NCBI RefSeq assembly: GCF_018350175.1
Contig: NC_058368.1
Span: forward strand, 144,338,001 to 144,402,000
Source: Felis catus
Lineage: Eukaryota
Direction of reading: 5' to 3'
DNA length: 64,000 nucleotides
Part shown: piece after piece, positions 39,289 to 51,983 of the stretch
Numbering within the stretch: position 1 is the stretch's first letter
Layout of the letters: every line of letters starts with the position of its first letter
The notes under the pieces: generated by a model
Databases searched by the model: none
The model's input: the letters and a program-made list of their open reading frames with translations, nothing else
Told to the model about the DNA's origin: nothing
Program-made: the position numbers and the translations under genes

Positions 39289-40579
39289 TGAGTTACTGTT
39301 TTAAATGCAGTGTTTTAAAATTGAGTGGAAAATACAAGTGAATACTATCAAGATTGTGTGCTAATTTTTAATTACTGGGTACCATATAATTGTAATAAAC
39401 ATTCCATGAAAATATTAGAAGTTAATTTTTTATGTCCTTTAAACACTTATGCTCCTTAGAATTTGTACATTGTGATGTTAGAATAAACTCAGTGACAATG
39501 TGCAAAGATAACCCTGATTTATACTGAAGCACAAAGGAAAACAGATGTTTAAATCCTTTCACTCCTTGAGACTTCTCCCACAAATGGTTAGTCAGCACTT
39601 CTCTTTTTTAACTTGAAGTTTAGACATTCATATAATTTGTTTACTCTTGAGTCATTTTGGCTGGGTAAGTTGTGTTACAAGCCTCGGAACAAATAATTTC
39701 AGCAGTTGAACATGACTGAGTCAGTTCATGTACAGGATGTATTGAAGATCCTGGTCCAAGACACTATGCTTAGCATTTGAGGGGAATGCAAAAGTAAGTG
39801 TAGCTTGTGGAAAACAAGGCCATCAGTTTGTAGAAAAGAGAAGAGGGAAGATTATTCCAGGCTAAGGAAATAATGAGGGAAAACATTGAGGGATAAAGGT
39901 GTGTCGTATCAACTTTCTGAATATATACTAAGCACCACTGAATTATAAATACATTTTAAAGGGTGAGTTTTGTGATGTGTGAATTAAATCTTGATAGAGT
40001 TGTTCTGCTTTAAAAGGTATGTGGCATATATCAGGGAGCAAGTATGAATTGAGGTGGCAACAACATGGGGTCTAGGGACAGAAGGAGATGAGATTGGAGA
40101 GAGGTGACAGGTTTGGGGCCAGAGTTCTCAGAGGCCTTGGAAACCATGCTAGGAATTTAGGGTTTTATTTTCCAGATGTTAGGAAACCATTGTAAGTTTG
40201 TTTTCTTAAAAATTTATAAATATTAACTTACTTATTTCTCCTAACCATCCTAAGAAGTAGAAAAGCAGGCACTATTGTTGTTACTGTTTACAGATAGGGG
40301 AACCGAAGTGTCCTGGCTTGGATTTGTATACTTAGCTATTATCGTCCTGCTGCCTCTTGGATAGTACTGACTCAGTTGGTATGTACATGAAGCAGTTGTC
40401 AGCGATTTACTCAACAATTAGTAATAAGATTTTTTTAAAAAGTACATACGAGCTTTTACAGTCATTCATGTTAACATGAACTCTTAACTAACATTGCATA
40501 AAAAGCTCTTGTCCAATTTGAGACACCGTGTTTTTCTTATACATTTCCAAAAATTCTTTTACTGTGGTAAGAACAGTTT

Positions 40580-40707
40580 GGGGCACCTGGGTGGCTCAGT
40601 CAGTTGGCCATATGGCTTCAGCTCAGGTCATGATCTTGCAGTCCAGTCCATGGGTTCAAGCCCCACGTCAGGCAGAGCCTGGAGCCTGCTTTTAGATTCT
40701 GTGTCTT

Positions 40708-40755
<48 letters not shown>

Positions 40756-40825
40756 CCTCCCCCACTTATGCTCTGTCCTCTCTCAAAAATAAATAAACGA
40801 TAAAAAAATTTTAGGAAAAATAAAA
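40580..40825 (+). mobile_element. SINEC with long (CT)n
   Basis: Head, roughly 20 CT units and an A-tail. Confidence 0.88.
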
Positions 40826-41584
40826 GAAGAGGGTGGGCCCTTAGAGGTTTACTATTCCAATTTACCCGTTTTATGGATGAGCAAGCTAGGACCACACAGA
40901 AAAGGTACCTAACTTGGCTAAGATGACACAGTACTTAATGACCAAGCCAGGACAAGAGTGCTGGTCTCTTCACTCAAGGTATTACTCTTCTACCTTACAT
41001 AATTTATAAATTGCATGACTTTTTAAAAGTTTTCACTCCATCTTATAGACTAGAACTTCCTTTTTCAGTGTGACAGTTAATTTTTTAATGCCAAAAATCA
41101 GATATATAGAAAGTTCAAGTTCAAGGCCTAAGGCCTAAAATAAGAATTCGCATATCTCTAGTGACTAAAAGTCAGCCTTTCAGAACATCTCTATTGTGTA
41201 AAATGTGATTTGCTTCTTTAAATGTAAATTTAAGTGACCTTATCTATATACATATATCTATATTTATTGACTCTGTATTTTATTTTGAACTGATTCCTAA
41301 AGGCACCTCAGTGATAGTAATGAAATGAACACTTACACAGCCATGTTAGGCTAATATTTCCTACATGTCTTAATCCACTGGAATTGGGAAAGAAGACTTT
41401 ATTCAATAATCTTTTATTCTCTATTTTTGTATCAGATGTTTTGCTAGGTGCTTGGAAGAAGAGAAAGGGTCACTAACTGACCAGTAACCCCCCACCCTGA
41501 GACAATAACTCTAAACATGTAATAACTTTCTATATTTTATTCTGCACAGGCAGTTTTTAATAAAAATGACCTAATACAACATTA

Positions 41585-41788
41585 TTTTTAAGTTTACTTA
41601 TTTATTTTGAGAGAAAGAGAGAGAGTGAGCAAGCATGCATGTGTGCAAGCAGAGAGATAGAATCCCAAGCAAGCTCTGCACTGTCGGCATGGAGCCCAAT
41701 GCAGGGTTCAATCCTACAACCCTGAGATCATGACCTGAGCTGAAATCAAGAGTTGAACGCTTACCCAACGGAGCCACCCAGGTGCCCC
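41585..41788 (-). mobile_element. SINEC
   Basis: Antisense body; head-to-head with the next SINE about 30 bp away. Confidence 0.88.
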
Positions 41789-41820
41789 ATAGTATAACAT
41801 TTTTTAAAAAGTATAATTAC

Positions 41821-41982
41821 GGGGGCACCTGGGTGGCTCAGTTGGTTGAGTGTCCAACTTCAGCTAAGGTTATGATCTCATTGTGAATTCGAGCCCCATA
41901 TAGGGGCTTGCTGCTGTCAGGACTCATTCTGACCCTCCCCCACCCTCACTCTCTCTTTCTCTCTTTCTCAGAAATAAGTAAA

Positions 41983-41985
<3 letters not shown>
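41821..41985 (+). mobile_element. SINEC with internal deletion, tail running into (TG)n
   Basis: gggggcacctgggtggctcag head. Confidence 0.85.
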
Positions 41986-42017
<32 letters not shown>

Positions 42018-42927
42018 AATTGTAGAAGCAATGCCTGTTATGGTAGAAAACAAACAGTACAGAGGGCACACAATTGAAAACTAAAAGGCTCTCCCCCTAC
42101 TCCCCTTCATCTCTGGCACAGAACCCTAGCCCTGTGCAGTAGGCAGTCACTCTGAAGGTTCCTGATTTTGTTCTGCTGGTAGTTAACATTACAATGTCTA
42201 TAAAATATTCTTCCCTCTAATTTTAGATTTATTTACTTTAGACAATATCTGTTGAACTTCTGGCAACAAATACAAAGAAATCATTTATCAATCCAAGACC
42301 CTTCCAGTTGTTAAAACTGTTCTTACTTTTACCTTTCCAAAAGGTCCCAACATCTGCCCTGCTGTAATTATCTTGTTCTCTTTCATAGGCTAGTTTACAA
42401 ATAGAAGGACCCAATAATCAACATTTGTATTATTAGGATTCATGTATATGTTACATCCACATTCACTGGAGAGCTTAAGAAGTATGTAATCCTTAAGGCG
42501 TTAGACTATCATAGGGGCTCCTCTTAAGCATCCCTCCTTTAAAATTCTCATTTCTTCCCAGCTTTTTTCACTTCTGTTATTCCCTATAGTTCATGTTTTT
42601 CTCTTGAATGCTATTTTCTCTTCTGTATCTCTCTTTGAGCAGTTTTTTCATGAGGACTCATGGTGGCTACTTTTCTGAGTTCTTCAGAGTCTAAAATACG
42701 CTTTATTTTGTCTTCATATCTGTTTTGGAAGTTTAAATGAATATAAACTTTCAGATTTTAAATGTAAAGGAATTGTTCCCTTATCTTCTAGTTTGGCATT
42801 CATTGTAGGTAAGGAGTTTGATAGCATCTTATTTTCATCCCTTTGTTAGTAATGTTTTTCCTCTCTTCTCTCTCTCTCTCTCTCTCTTCCTCCCTCTCTC
42901 TCTCTCTGAAGTGTTCAGGATTTTTAA

Positions 42928-43141
42928 TTTATTTTTATTGTTTTTTTTAAATGTTATTTATTTTTGAGAGAGAGCACAAGCAGGAGAGGGGCAGAAAGAG
43001 AGGAAGACACAGAATCTGAAGCAGGCTGCAGGCTCTCAGCTGTCAGTGCAGAGCACGATGCAGGGCTTAAACCCACAAACTGTGAGATCATGACCTGAGC
43101 CAAAGTCTGATGCTTAACCGACTGAGCCACCCAGGTACCCC
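42928..43141 (-). mobile_element. SINEC
   Basis: TSD tgaagtgttc(a/g)ggattttt. Confidence 0.92.
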
Positions 43142-44894
43142 TGAAGTGTTCGGGATTTTTAAAAAATTCCTGTCGTTTCTTAAATTTTACCAGTGTGTTT
43201 CTGGGTGTAAGTCTTTTATTAATCTTATTCAGCATTTTGTGGAAACTTTCCACTTGAAGATGCATGCCTTATTTCAGTTTAGCAGTAATTTCTTCTATGA
43301 TATTACTACTTTTGTTGTGTCTGCCTTCTGTACTTCCTATTGGGTGGACTTTAAGCCCTTAGGAACTGGCCTCCATGTTAAAATTATTTGTGTGTATTTT
43401 TCATTCCTTGATCTATTCACTGTGCTGAGATATTTCTTTGAATTTATCTTTCAGATTAAAATCTTGGTCCTCCACAGTATCTAATTTTAATCCCGCCTAT
43501 ACAGTGAATTTTTTCAGTGATCATATTTTTAATTTACAAGATTTTTTTGTTCTCCAGCTGTTCCTTTTTTTGGTGGGCTGTTTTATTTTAAGGCTGCAGT
43601 TTCTTAATCTTTCTGAGGCTACCAAATAGAGGTTTTGTTTGTTTTAATTCTGTTCTTTGAATTGTATTTTTATTCATTTCCTTTGTGGTAGTTGTTTTGT
43701 TGGTTGTTCTCAGTCCTCGTCTTTCCTACCATTCGTTTTCTTCAACTGTCCTCAAATTTTTCTTTAATTTTGGATGCTGTCCATCTGTCTGAACGGAACA
43801 CTGCTTCAGGTGCTGTAAACACTGACGTGGCTCAGCAGTTGGGTAGGTCTCTTTGCCTAGCAGATCCCTCCACCGAATCTAAACACTTTCTGGTGACCTA
43901 GTGTTTTCACATATGTTGTGACCATTTTTCAGTGTCTAATTTCTAAGTGTACCAGTTCTACTGGTTGCATAGCTTTCCACCCAAGTATTATTGCTCTTTC
44001 TCTTTTCCTTAGGCATTTGCTTTTTCCAGTTTTTCACTAGATAACATTAAGAAACATATTTGTACACACATTTTTCATACCTCTGTGATAATTTCCACAG
44101 CATTAATTCCTAGAGTGAAATTTATGGGTCATGAAAAACTTCTGACAGACGTTGCTAAATTGTGTTTTGGGAGGTTGTAACAACTCTCAGTCTCACATAA
44201 GAATATCCTTTTCCCTACACTTGACAGTGGTAGATGTTATCATTCTTGTTACTCTCTTTGCTAATTGCATATGTAAGACAGCATTTTATTCCTGTTTGAA
44301 TTTGCATAATATGTGAGTATTTTCATTAGTTTTTGTATGTGTGAATTGACTCTTATCCTTTGCCTATCTCTCTTTTGGAATGTTTACCATTTTGTTTAGC
44401 TTTATGAAAGTCCTTTTTTTAGGAATATTAACCCTTTGTTATATGTGTTGCAAATATGTTTGTCAGTTTGTGGTGTTTGCTGTACACGTTTTGGTGCTAA
44501 GTTTATAACGCCACCTACCTACCTATCCAGAGATTAAATTTCACCTGTATCTGTTGGTATGGTTTCTTTTTTTTTACATTAAACTTTTAAATTCATGTAA
44601 ATTTATTTTGGAATATGGTTTGAGTAGTGGCATACCTGTTGTTTTTTTTTCTCCTGAAACAACCAGTTAGCTAGCATGTTTTTTATTGACTGATCATTCA
44701 TTCTTTCCTCCCTTCCTGATTTGAAATCTCTTCCTTATCATATACTAAGTGTTTTATGTGTGTATGTGTGTATCTGCCTAAAAATATCTTCCCAAGAGCA
44801 CCCTATGGTTCATGAAATTTCTAACCAGACCACTCTGTTACCATACTGTTTCTAGAAAGCACTGAAGCGTAATACTTAAACTATTATATTACAT

Positions 44895-45103
44895 TTTTTT
44901 AATGTTTATTTATTTATTGTTGAGGGAGAAAGGACAGAAGCAGGGGAGGGGCACAGAGAGAGAAGGAGACACAGAATCTGAAGTGGGCTCCAGCCTCTGA
45001 GCTGTCAGCATAGAGCCTGCTGTGGGGCTTGAACTCACAAACTGTGAGATCATGAATGAACCTGAAATCAGACGATTAACTGACTCAGCCACCCAGGCAC
45101 CTC
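44895..45103 (-). mobile_element. SINEC
   Basis: TSD taaactattatatta. Confidence 0.9.
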
Positions 45104-46671
45104 ATAAACTATTATATTAAAATCTTATTCAGTGCTTGCCTGTTATTCTAATTCTTGAGAACCGAAGACCTTCCCCCCAATATTTGCCTTATCAGAGCAT
45201 TTTGTTTTCAGTTAAAGATTTATTCTTTTTGTCAGCTTGCAACCTGTCAGGAATAAAAGCAACCATGTTAAATGAGGGTAAACATGATTCTGAAGAATTC
45301 AGAGTGGTTTCAGAGATAGGAAACTTTAATCTTGCTTTTTGGTGGGGAGAAATACCAATAAACATTGACAATTGAGATAAATAACAGTATTTGAACTTTG
45401 AGGAAATAGCCAAAATGCTCATAAGTTAGCAACATTTCAGAAATTATGTCTTATAGTTATTGATTTTAAAATGGATAAAATTAAAACACTTTCAGTAAAA
45501 CTAAATGCCACTAATTTCTAAATTCCACTGATTCCTGGAGCAGTTCTCCTAAGGCTCTACATATTTGTGGGGAAAACATTATACTTCATTCTCCCTGCCC
45601 AGAACAAGACTCAAGCCCAGAGATGGGTAAGGCTGGATTTCACCATGAATTTCCCCAGAAAGAAAAGGTACCATTATGCTGCTGTATGTAGGTGACATGT
45701 GAACTACTGTAGCAAAACTACATGGATGAAGGTATTTTGCTGAGAAAATAGTTACCAGAATTCACAAAGCTGGTTAGCGGGTCAAACACCTGAAATCTGG
45801 GTTTTGCTATTAACTGTATGACCTGGAGTGGCTGTTGCTTAATGATTCTCCCCCCTCCCCCCACCTTTTTTAAAGAATCCTTTTGGACTAAATAGACATT
45901 TTCCCAAATGTGTTCTGTAGACCATTATTGCCACAGTTGCCTTGGGAGTGTTAGGTGTCCACAGTTAAGTGAGTTAGACAAATGCTAAACAGTAGATACT
46001 TTTCTAGAAACTGCACAATGTGTGGTAGAATATTAAAGGATCACGGAAGTCTTACAGGAAAGAAACTCTTACATCTTTTGCACCCATTTCATGACATCCC
46101 TAAGGACTATGTTCCATGAAGTCTACTTTAGGAACCTGTATTAGGTGTCAGAGATTACTAAACATTTGTGATTCTAATAAAAAGTTTTAGCTTCTATAGA
46201 TAAATTATTTCAACATGGTACTTCAATTTGTAGTACCAAATCTTCTTGAGATACTAGGAAAAAGTCTTTAATTCTAGTACTCATAGATATTTAAACACAG
46301 CAACACAGAGAAGCATTATTTTCCCTTGTGAGTACCAAAATTCTGGTTTGGAGTGACTGCTCAGAAGGTAGGGTCATAGGTTTCCCTATTTTGGGGGAGC
46401 TCTGTCCAGTACCTCAGACTCTATCCACAGTGCTTCTAAAAGGTGCAGTTTAATGTTAGGCACACAGTGTTTCTAGAAGGTACCATTTGATGTTAGGCAC
46501 TCTTTTATATCCAACACATGTTTTCTTTTGTTTAGTATGATTTCAGTTATTATTGGCTCAAAGTGTATAGACCCTTAGGGATCATTTATGTTTATTGTTC
46601 ACAAAGTAATACTTGGCTTCCTAAAAATGAAATTCAGAGGAAAAATCAAGGTGTTTTTATTTTATTTGTAG

Positions 46672-46858
46672 GATGGGTGCTGCAGATAATATATATAAAG
46701 GGCAGAGTACCTTTATGGAAGAACTGACTGACACAGCAGAAATAATAAAACAGGCCACATCCCAGTCCTTGGTTATCTTGGATGAATTGGGAAGAGGAAC
46801 AAGCACCCATGATGGAATCGCCATCGCTTATGCTACACTGGAGCATTTTATTAAAGAT
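46672..46858 (+). CDS. MSH3: MSH3 coding exon (human exon 21 equivalent), 187 nt, STF motif, Walker B and D-loop
   Basis: ttgtag|G ... GAT|gtgagt. Translates [62 protein letters not shown] (ORF track 46673). Confidence 0.98.
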
Positions 46859-47432
46859 GTGAGTATCTTGTACACCTTTTTGCATGTGAATGGTACATAG
46901 TATCCAAATTGTTTTTCTGACCTCAGCTTCTAAATATTCAAAGTTATCTTTAATTGTTATAATTGACTCTATACCTGTAATTCACCATTAAATCACTATA
47001 CATTGAATTTAGATAGATTTGCACTGCATAATGTCTGTAATTCTTTGATGTGTCTTCTTTTGCTGAAGCAAAATAAATCTGGTCAGTAGGATAATGGTCT
47101 CCTTGGCAATACTTCCGCCCAGAACTGTCTCTTATTATCCTTGGCGAACTAAATCAAGAGCAGAGACCCTACCTGTCCCCCATCCACCTGCAACCCAATC
47201 CTTGAAGAAGACAAAAAGGAGATAGAGACATTTTTACCTGTGAAGTACATTTTTCAGCAATATCCTACAGGATCTTGAGAGAAGGCCTTTGATCTCTTAT
47301 CTTTGTATCTTTCTGCTTCACTCCTTCAGTCCATGTCTGTTTTTTCCATAGTGCAGTTCTGAGCATCTCAGTGTGAAATTTTGTTTGTGTTGAATTCTCT
47401 ATCCCTGTCATCTCTCTCAAACTCTCCCCCCC

Positions 47433-47629
47433 CTTTTTAAGTTTATTTATTTATTTTGAGAGAGAGAGAGAGAGCAGGGGAGGAGGAGAGAAAGAGGGGA
47501 AGAGAGAACAAAGCAGGCTCTGAGCTGTGCAGAGCCCAAAATAGGACTCAAATTCATGAACCGTGAGATCATGACCTGAGCCAAGATTCAGAGTTGGATG
47601 CTTAACCGACTGAGCCACCCAGGCACCCC
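47433..47629 (-). mobile_element. SINEC
   Basis: Antisense body ending ccaggcacccc. Confidence 0.88.
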
Positions 47630-48125
47630 TTCCCTTTATCAATGCTCTCTCTTTCTCTCTGTTTGTTTTGGTCTCTCCCTATCTGTCTTCTTTTGACACC
47701 TGCCCTGTACCTAGTCTGTTCTAAGATTTTTCTATGTCTGTTTTGTTCTCCACTTTTTAAACACTTTTGTGTCTTTCCTCCATTTTCATCTTTTTCTGTC
47801 TTCCTTACATGACCAATACAAGCATATTTTTTATTCCTATTTCTTTGCAAAACATATAATACAAAAATAAACTCCCCTTTTCTTTAAACTTCTGTGATCC
47901 TCAGTTTTTGTTTGAACATTCAGTTGGATTACATAATTAATGATGGCATGTTTTCCACTTTAAAATAAGTACTTTTAACTTTTCTTTACAAAAATTCTTT
48001 ATTTGCAAAAAGAGCTCAAGAACGTTTCTTTAATCATTTTAGAAACTGCATATCACACATTAGTAAAGTCCTATCATTGTCTCCAAAACACATTTTATTT
48101 ACTTATTTCTGAAACATTAAGAGAA

Positions 48126-48340
48126 ATTTTTTTTCTTAATGTTTATCTATTTATTTATTTTTGAGAGAGGGCATAAGCAGGGAAGAAGCAGAGAGACGGA
48201 GGGAGACATGGAATCTGAAGCAAGCTACAAGCTCTGAGCTATCAGCACAGACCCCAATGCGGGGCTTGAATCCACAAAGTATGAGATCATGACCTGAGCT
48301 GAAGTCATTCGCTCAATCGACTGAGCCACCCAGGCTCCCC
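48126..48340 (-). mobile_element. SINEC
   Basis: Antisense body ending ccaggctcccc. Confidence 0.88.
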
Positions 48341-48435
48341 TTATTTTGAAGCATATTTTGAACTTTCATTTAAGAGCCTTTAGGAATGAATTATGACAGA
48401 GTGGATTTGCCACCTCTGAGTTTCATTGTTCCTGC

Positions 48436-48763
48436 TGTATGGCTGCATATCAGTTAGTATGACTATATAACAAATTACCCCAAGACTAAATGCCTGAAAA
48501 CAATAATAATCATCTGTTATTTCTCACGATGTCTGGAAGTAAGGAATTTGAGAGTAGCTTAGCTGGGGGGCTATGGCCCAGCGTCTCTCCTGAGGTTGCA
48601 GTCAAGTTGTCAGGCAAGGCTGGCATCATCTGAAGGCCTGACTGATGATGGAGGACCTTCTTCCATTGTGGCTCACTCGTTGCTGGCAAACTGGTGCTGG
48701 CGGTTCACAAGCGTGAACATTGGGAGGTGAAGAACTTGGTGGCTGTTTTGGGGGCTAGCTACC
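48436..48763. mobile_element. MaLR-type (MLT-like) LTR fragment
   Basis: aacaaattacccccaagactaaatgcctgaaaacaa ... gaggttgcagtcaag, resembling MLT-family LTRs. Confidence 0.6.
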
Positions 48764-49251
48764 AAAAGCAGTTTGGCAATATCTTAAAGATCCGTTTAAG
48801 AACCCTTGGGAACAAATTATGACAGAATTAAATTTGTCACGTCTCTTCTCATTGCTTTTATAGCAGTTTTTTGACATCTTAAATATTAATGAAGAAAGTG
48901 TTATTTTTAGATAAAATTTATGTTAGAGGTAAGTCATTGAAGAGGTTTCTTCTGGAGCAAGAATCTCTATGCTTTTTATGGATGAAAATCCTTATTTTCA
49001 TGGTATCTTTAGATTGCCGACGCTGGGAACACAGATCAGAGAGGAGGAATTAAGAAGCTGTGTGTTTCGGCTGCAAGCTGAAAATGGCCTTGAGGAGAGC
49101 TGTGTTGTGACCCAAACCCTTAGGTCTTCTGGTTAGAAATGCCTATCAGCTCAGGGAATGGACATTCTTGAGACAGCTGGTCTGAAGACCCTTCAGGGCA
49201 GATTTTAAGAGCAGTTCATCAAAGAAATCCTGCCTTAATAGGTTTTTTCGC

Positions 49252-49273
49252 GGGGGGGGGGGGGGGGGGGGGA
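49252..49273 (+). repeat. G22 homopolymer
   Basis: Seen directly. Confidence 0.9.
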
Positions 49274-50285
49274 GGTTGTTTTTTTTGTAATTGTTATAAG
49301 AGAGAAGGCACATGTTCTGACTTTTAATGAGGTGATTGGCAGATGAATCAGACCTGGAGTGCTTTGATTTAATTACCCTCTTCTGCTAATATTTAGACCA
49401 AGATTTGGTGTTAGCTTCTTTTAAGATTTAAGAACTTTGGGATTTCTAGAATACATAATATGTGTGCTTTAAAATAATGCTTATTAAAAATCCACAAATC
49501 CATATTAATACTAACAAAACAAAAGTAAACTTTAAAATGATGGGATTAGGGTGAGGAGAAAGAAAAGCTCCTCTTTATAGAATACCAACTAATAAATACA
49601 GAGAGAATTTTTTAAAATCAGCATTTACGAGTCACTGCAATAATAACTCATTCAGGCAGTGATGAGCAATGGATGGTAAAACTTTTGGATGAAAGATTGT
49701 TGAGGAAAAGAATATTCACACAATCTCCAAGTACTACTCCACAAGTTATTTATTAATTACAAAGGAGAGAGGTGTTAGTATAGTGAAGAAATTTTCTGGG
49801 CACTTACTTAAACCAAATAAGCAAATTTATCATCCCCAATAATGGGTCAAATTGACATCATATGCCTCCTGATATGATGTACTGAAATGAGTACATCACC
49901 CACATAAATATGTGTAATATTTCTGGCAGTAAGGTTTAATCTTATTAGGAGGAAACAATCAGCCAAATCCAAATTGAGAGACATTATGCAAAACAACTCC
50001 TGGATATTTCAAAAACATTAATGTCATAAAGATGAAAAAGAAAGGCTGGCAACTCTTCTAGATTGATGGAGACTATAGAGACATGACTAAGTGCATGGCA
50101 TGATCCTTGATTTTTTTTTTTTAATACAAAGAACATTTATAAAGAATATTACTGGGACAGTTAGGGAAATTTGTGGACTCATGTTAGATAATAATGATAT
50201 ACCTGTGTTAAATTTCTTGATTGTAATAATTCTGATTAAATCAGTAGGAGAATGTTTTTGTTCTTAGAAGACAGAATTCTAAGTA

Positions 50286-51029
50286 CAGTAAAACCTTGGT
50301 TTGTGAGCATAATTCATTCCAGAAACATGCTTGTAATCCAAAGCACTTGTATATCAAAGTGAATTTCCCATAAGAAATAATGGAAACTCAGATGATTCGT
50401 TCCACAACCCAAAAATATTCATATAAAAATGATTATAATACTGTAATATAATATAAAATAATAAAGAAAATACAAAATATAAAGAAAAATAAGCCAATTA
50501 ACCTGCACTTATCTTTGAAAACAAGAGAGAGGAGGGTTATTGTGTAGGACGACTTTCACTATTACTAACGAATGTTGACTACAGTGCAGTATTAATAAAC
50601 TCTTATCATATACTATACTTAATGTAACTGGCAATAAGACAACAGAGGAGAGAGTCTATATCTGCAGACAACCTGACCTAGCATGAAACAGAGCATTCCT
50701 AAGCTTACTCTTATATGGAAAAACAAGAGTGTCCATAGGTGCTTTGAAGTGACAAAAAATAAACTGGTTGTGGGCACTTTCCAGTGTTCTGAAAAATCAC
50801 TGTGCCAAACACAGTGCTTGAGACCAAGCACTTGAGCATGGGAGACAATCACCCACAATCATGTAGCAAGAGAGAGAGAGAGAAGATGCATTGGCTCCAT
50901 GTGATCATGTAACATTGAGCGTCACGTGCTACTCATATTGTAAGGCATGGCTCATTGATCAAGTCAGAATTTATTAGAAATGTTTGCTTGTCTTGCAGAA
51001 CATGTTACTCGCAGTCCAAGGTTTTCCTG
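50286..51029. mobile_element. Non-autonomous Tc1/mariner (Tigger-like) DNA transposon, 744 bp
   Basis: TA|cagtaaaaccttggtttgtgagca ... tactcgcagtccaaggttttcctg|TA: ~24-bp imperfect terminal inverted repeats with a TA duplication. Confidence 0.85.
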
Positions 51030-51081
51030 TATGTAGGTAGGGATGAAGTGTCATGTCTGCAGTTCTCACATGGTTCAGGAA

Positions 51082-51084
<3 letters not shown>

Positions 51085-51130
<46 letters not shown>
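51085..51130. repeat. (GT)n microsatellite about 160 bp upstream of the exon-22 acceptor
   Basis: Seen directly. Confidence 0.95.
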
Positions 51131-51133
<3 letters not shown>

Positions 51134-51286
51134 GGCAAAATATTAACAGGTGGTTGTCTAGCTAAAGAAAAATGAACATTCATTGCAACATTCATGAAGT
51201 TTTGAACTTTTTCAAAACTAAATTGAAGAAAAGTTTGAAATAAAATTTAAAAATAAAATAACATTTATTATGTCTTACTGCTTTAG

Positions 51287-51416
51287 GTGAAATCCTTAAC
51301 CTTGTTTGTCACCCATTATCCACCAGTTTGTGAATTAGAAAAAAGTTACTTACAACAGGTGGGAAATTATCACATGGGATTCTTGGTCAATGAGGATGAA
51401 AGCAAAGAGGATCCAG
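51287..51416 (+). CDS. MSH3: MSH3 coding exon (human exon 22 equivalent), 130 nt, H-loop
   Basis: ctttag|GTG ... CCAG|gtacga. Translates [43 protein letters not shown](G). Confidence 0.97.
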
Positions 51417-51756
51417 GTACGAAATAATGCTTGCAGTAAGTAAAACTGGAATGTTTTTGGTTTTCATATTTGATAACTCGAAAATCATACGTACATGAAC
51501 TTCTTATTAAGTAAAAGCTGTGAATGTTGATTATAAATGACATTTGTCCAAATTCATTTTCTCTAAGCTTCGGGTCAAGGAGAATGTACTTTTATCTTCA
51601 CAACCTCTGAGTGCTTCTCTGGTCTTTCTTACCTCATTTTACTACAAGAAGAAGATGGGGTCAGGGGCAACGTGTAGGTTTTACTCTTAGATGCATCTCA
51701 GGAAAGATACCCTAACCGTCAAGGGTATTAGTCACCTTTAGAAATGTCCATTGTAG

Positions 51757-51983
51757 GGGCGCCTGGGTGGCACAGTCGGTTAAGCGTCCGACTTCAGCCA
51801 GGTCACGATCTCGCGGTCCGGGAGTTTGAGCCCCGCGTCGGGCTCTGGGCTGATGGCTCAGAGCCTGGAGCCTGTTTCCGATTCTGTGTCTCCCTCTCTC
51901 TCTGCCCCTCCCCCGTTCATGCTCTGTCTCTCTCTGTCCCAAAAATAAATAAAAACGTTGAAAAAAAAATTAAAAAAAAAAAA
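51757..51983 (+). mobile_element. Young felid SINEC
   Basis: Perfect TSD agaaatgtccattgta. Confidence 0.95.

Larger units (their letters stand above)
49470..51250 (+). mobile_element. Old L1 (L1MC/MD-like) 3' region hosting the Tigger-like insertion
   Basis: gagacatgactaagtgcatggcatgatccttgat and aatgtttttgttcttag..., continuing on both sides of the DNA transposon. Confidence 0.6.
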
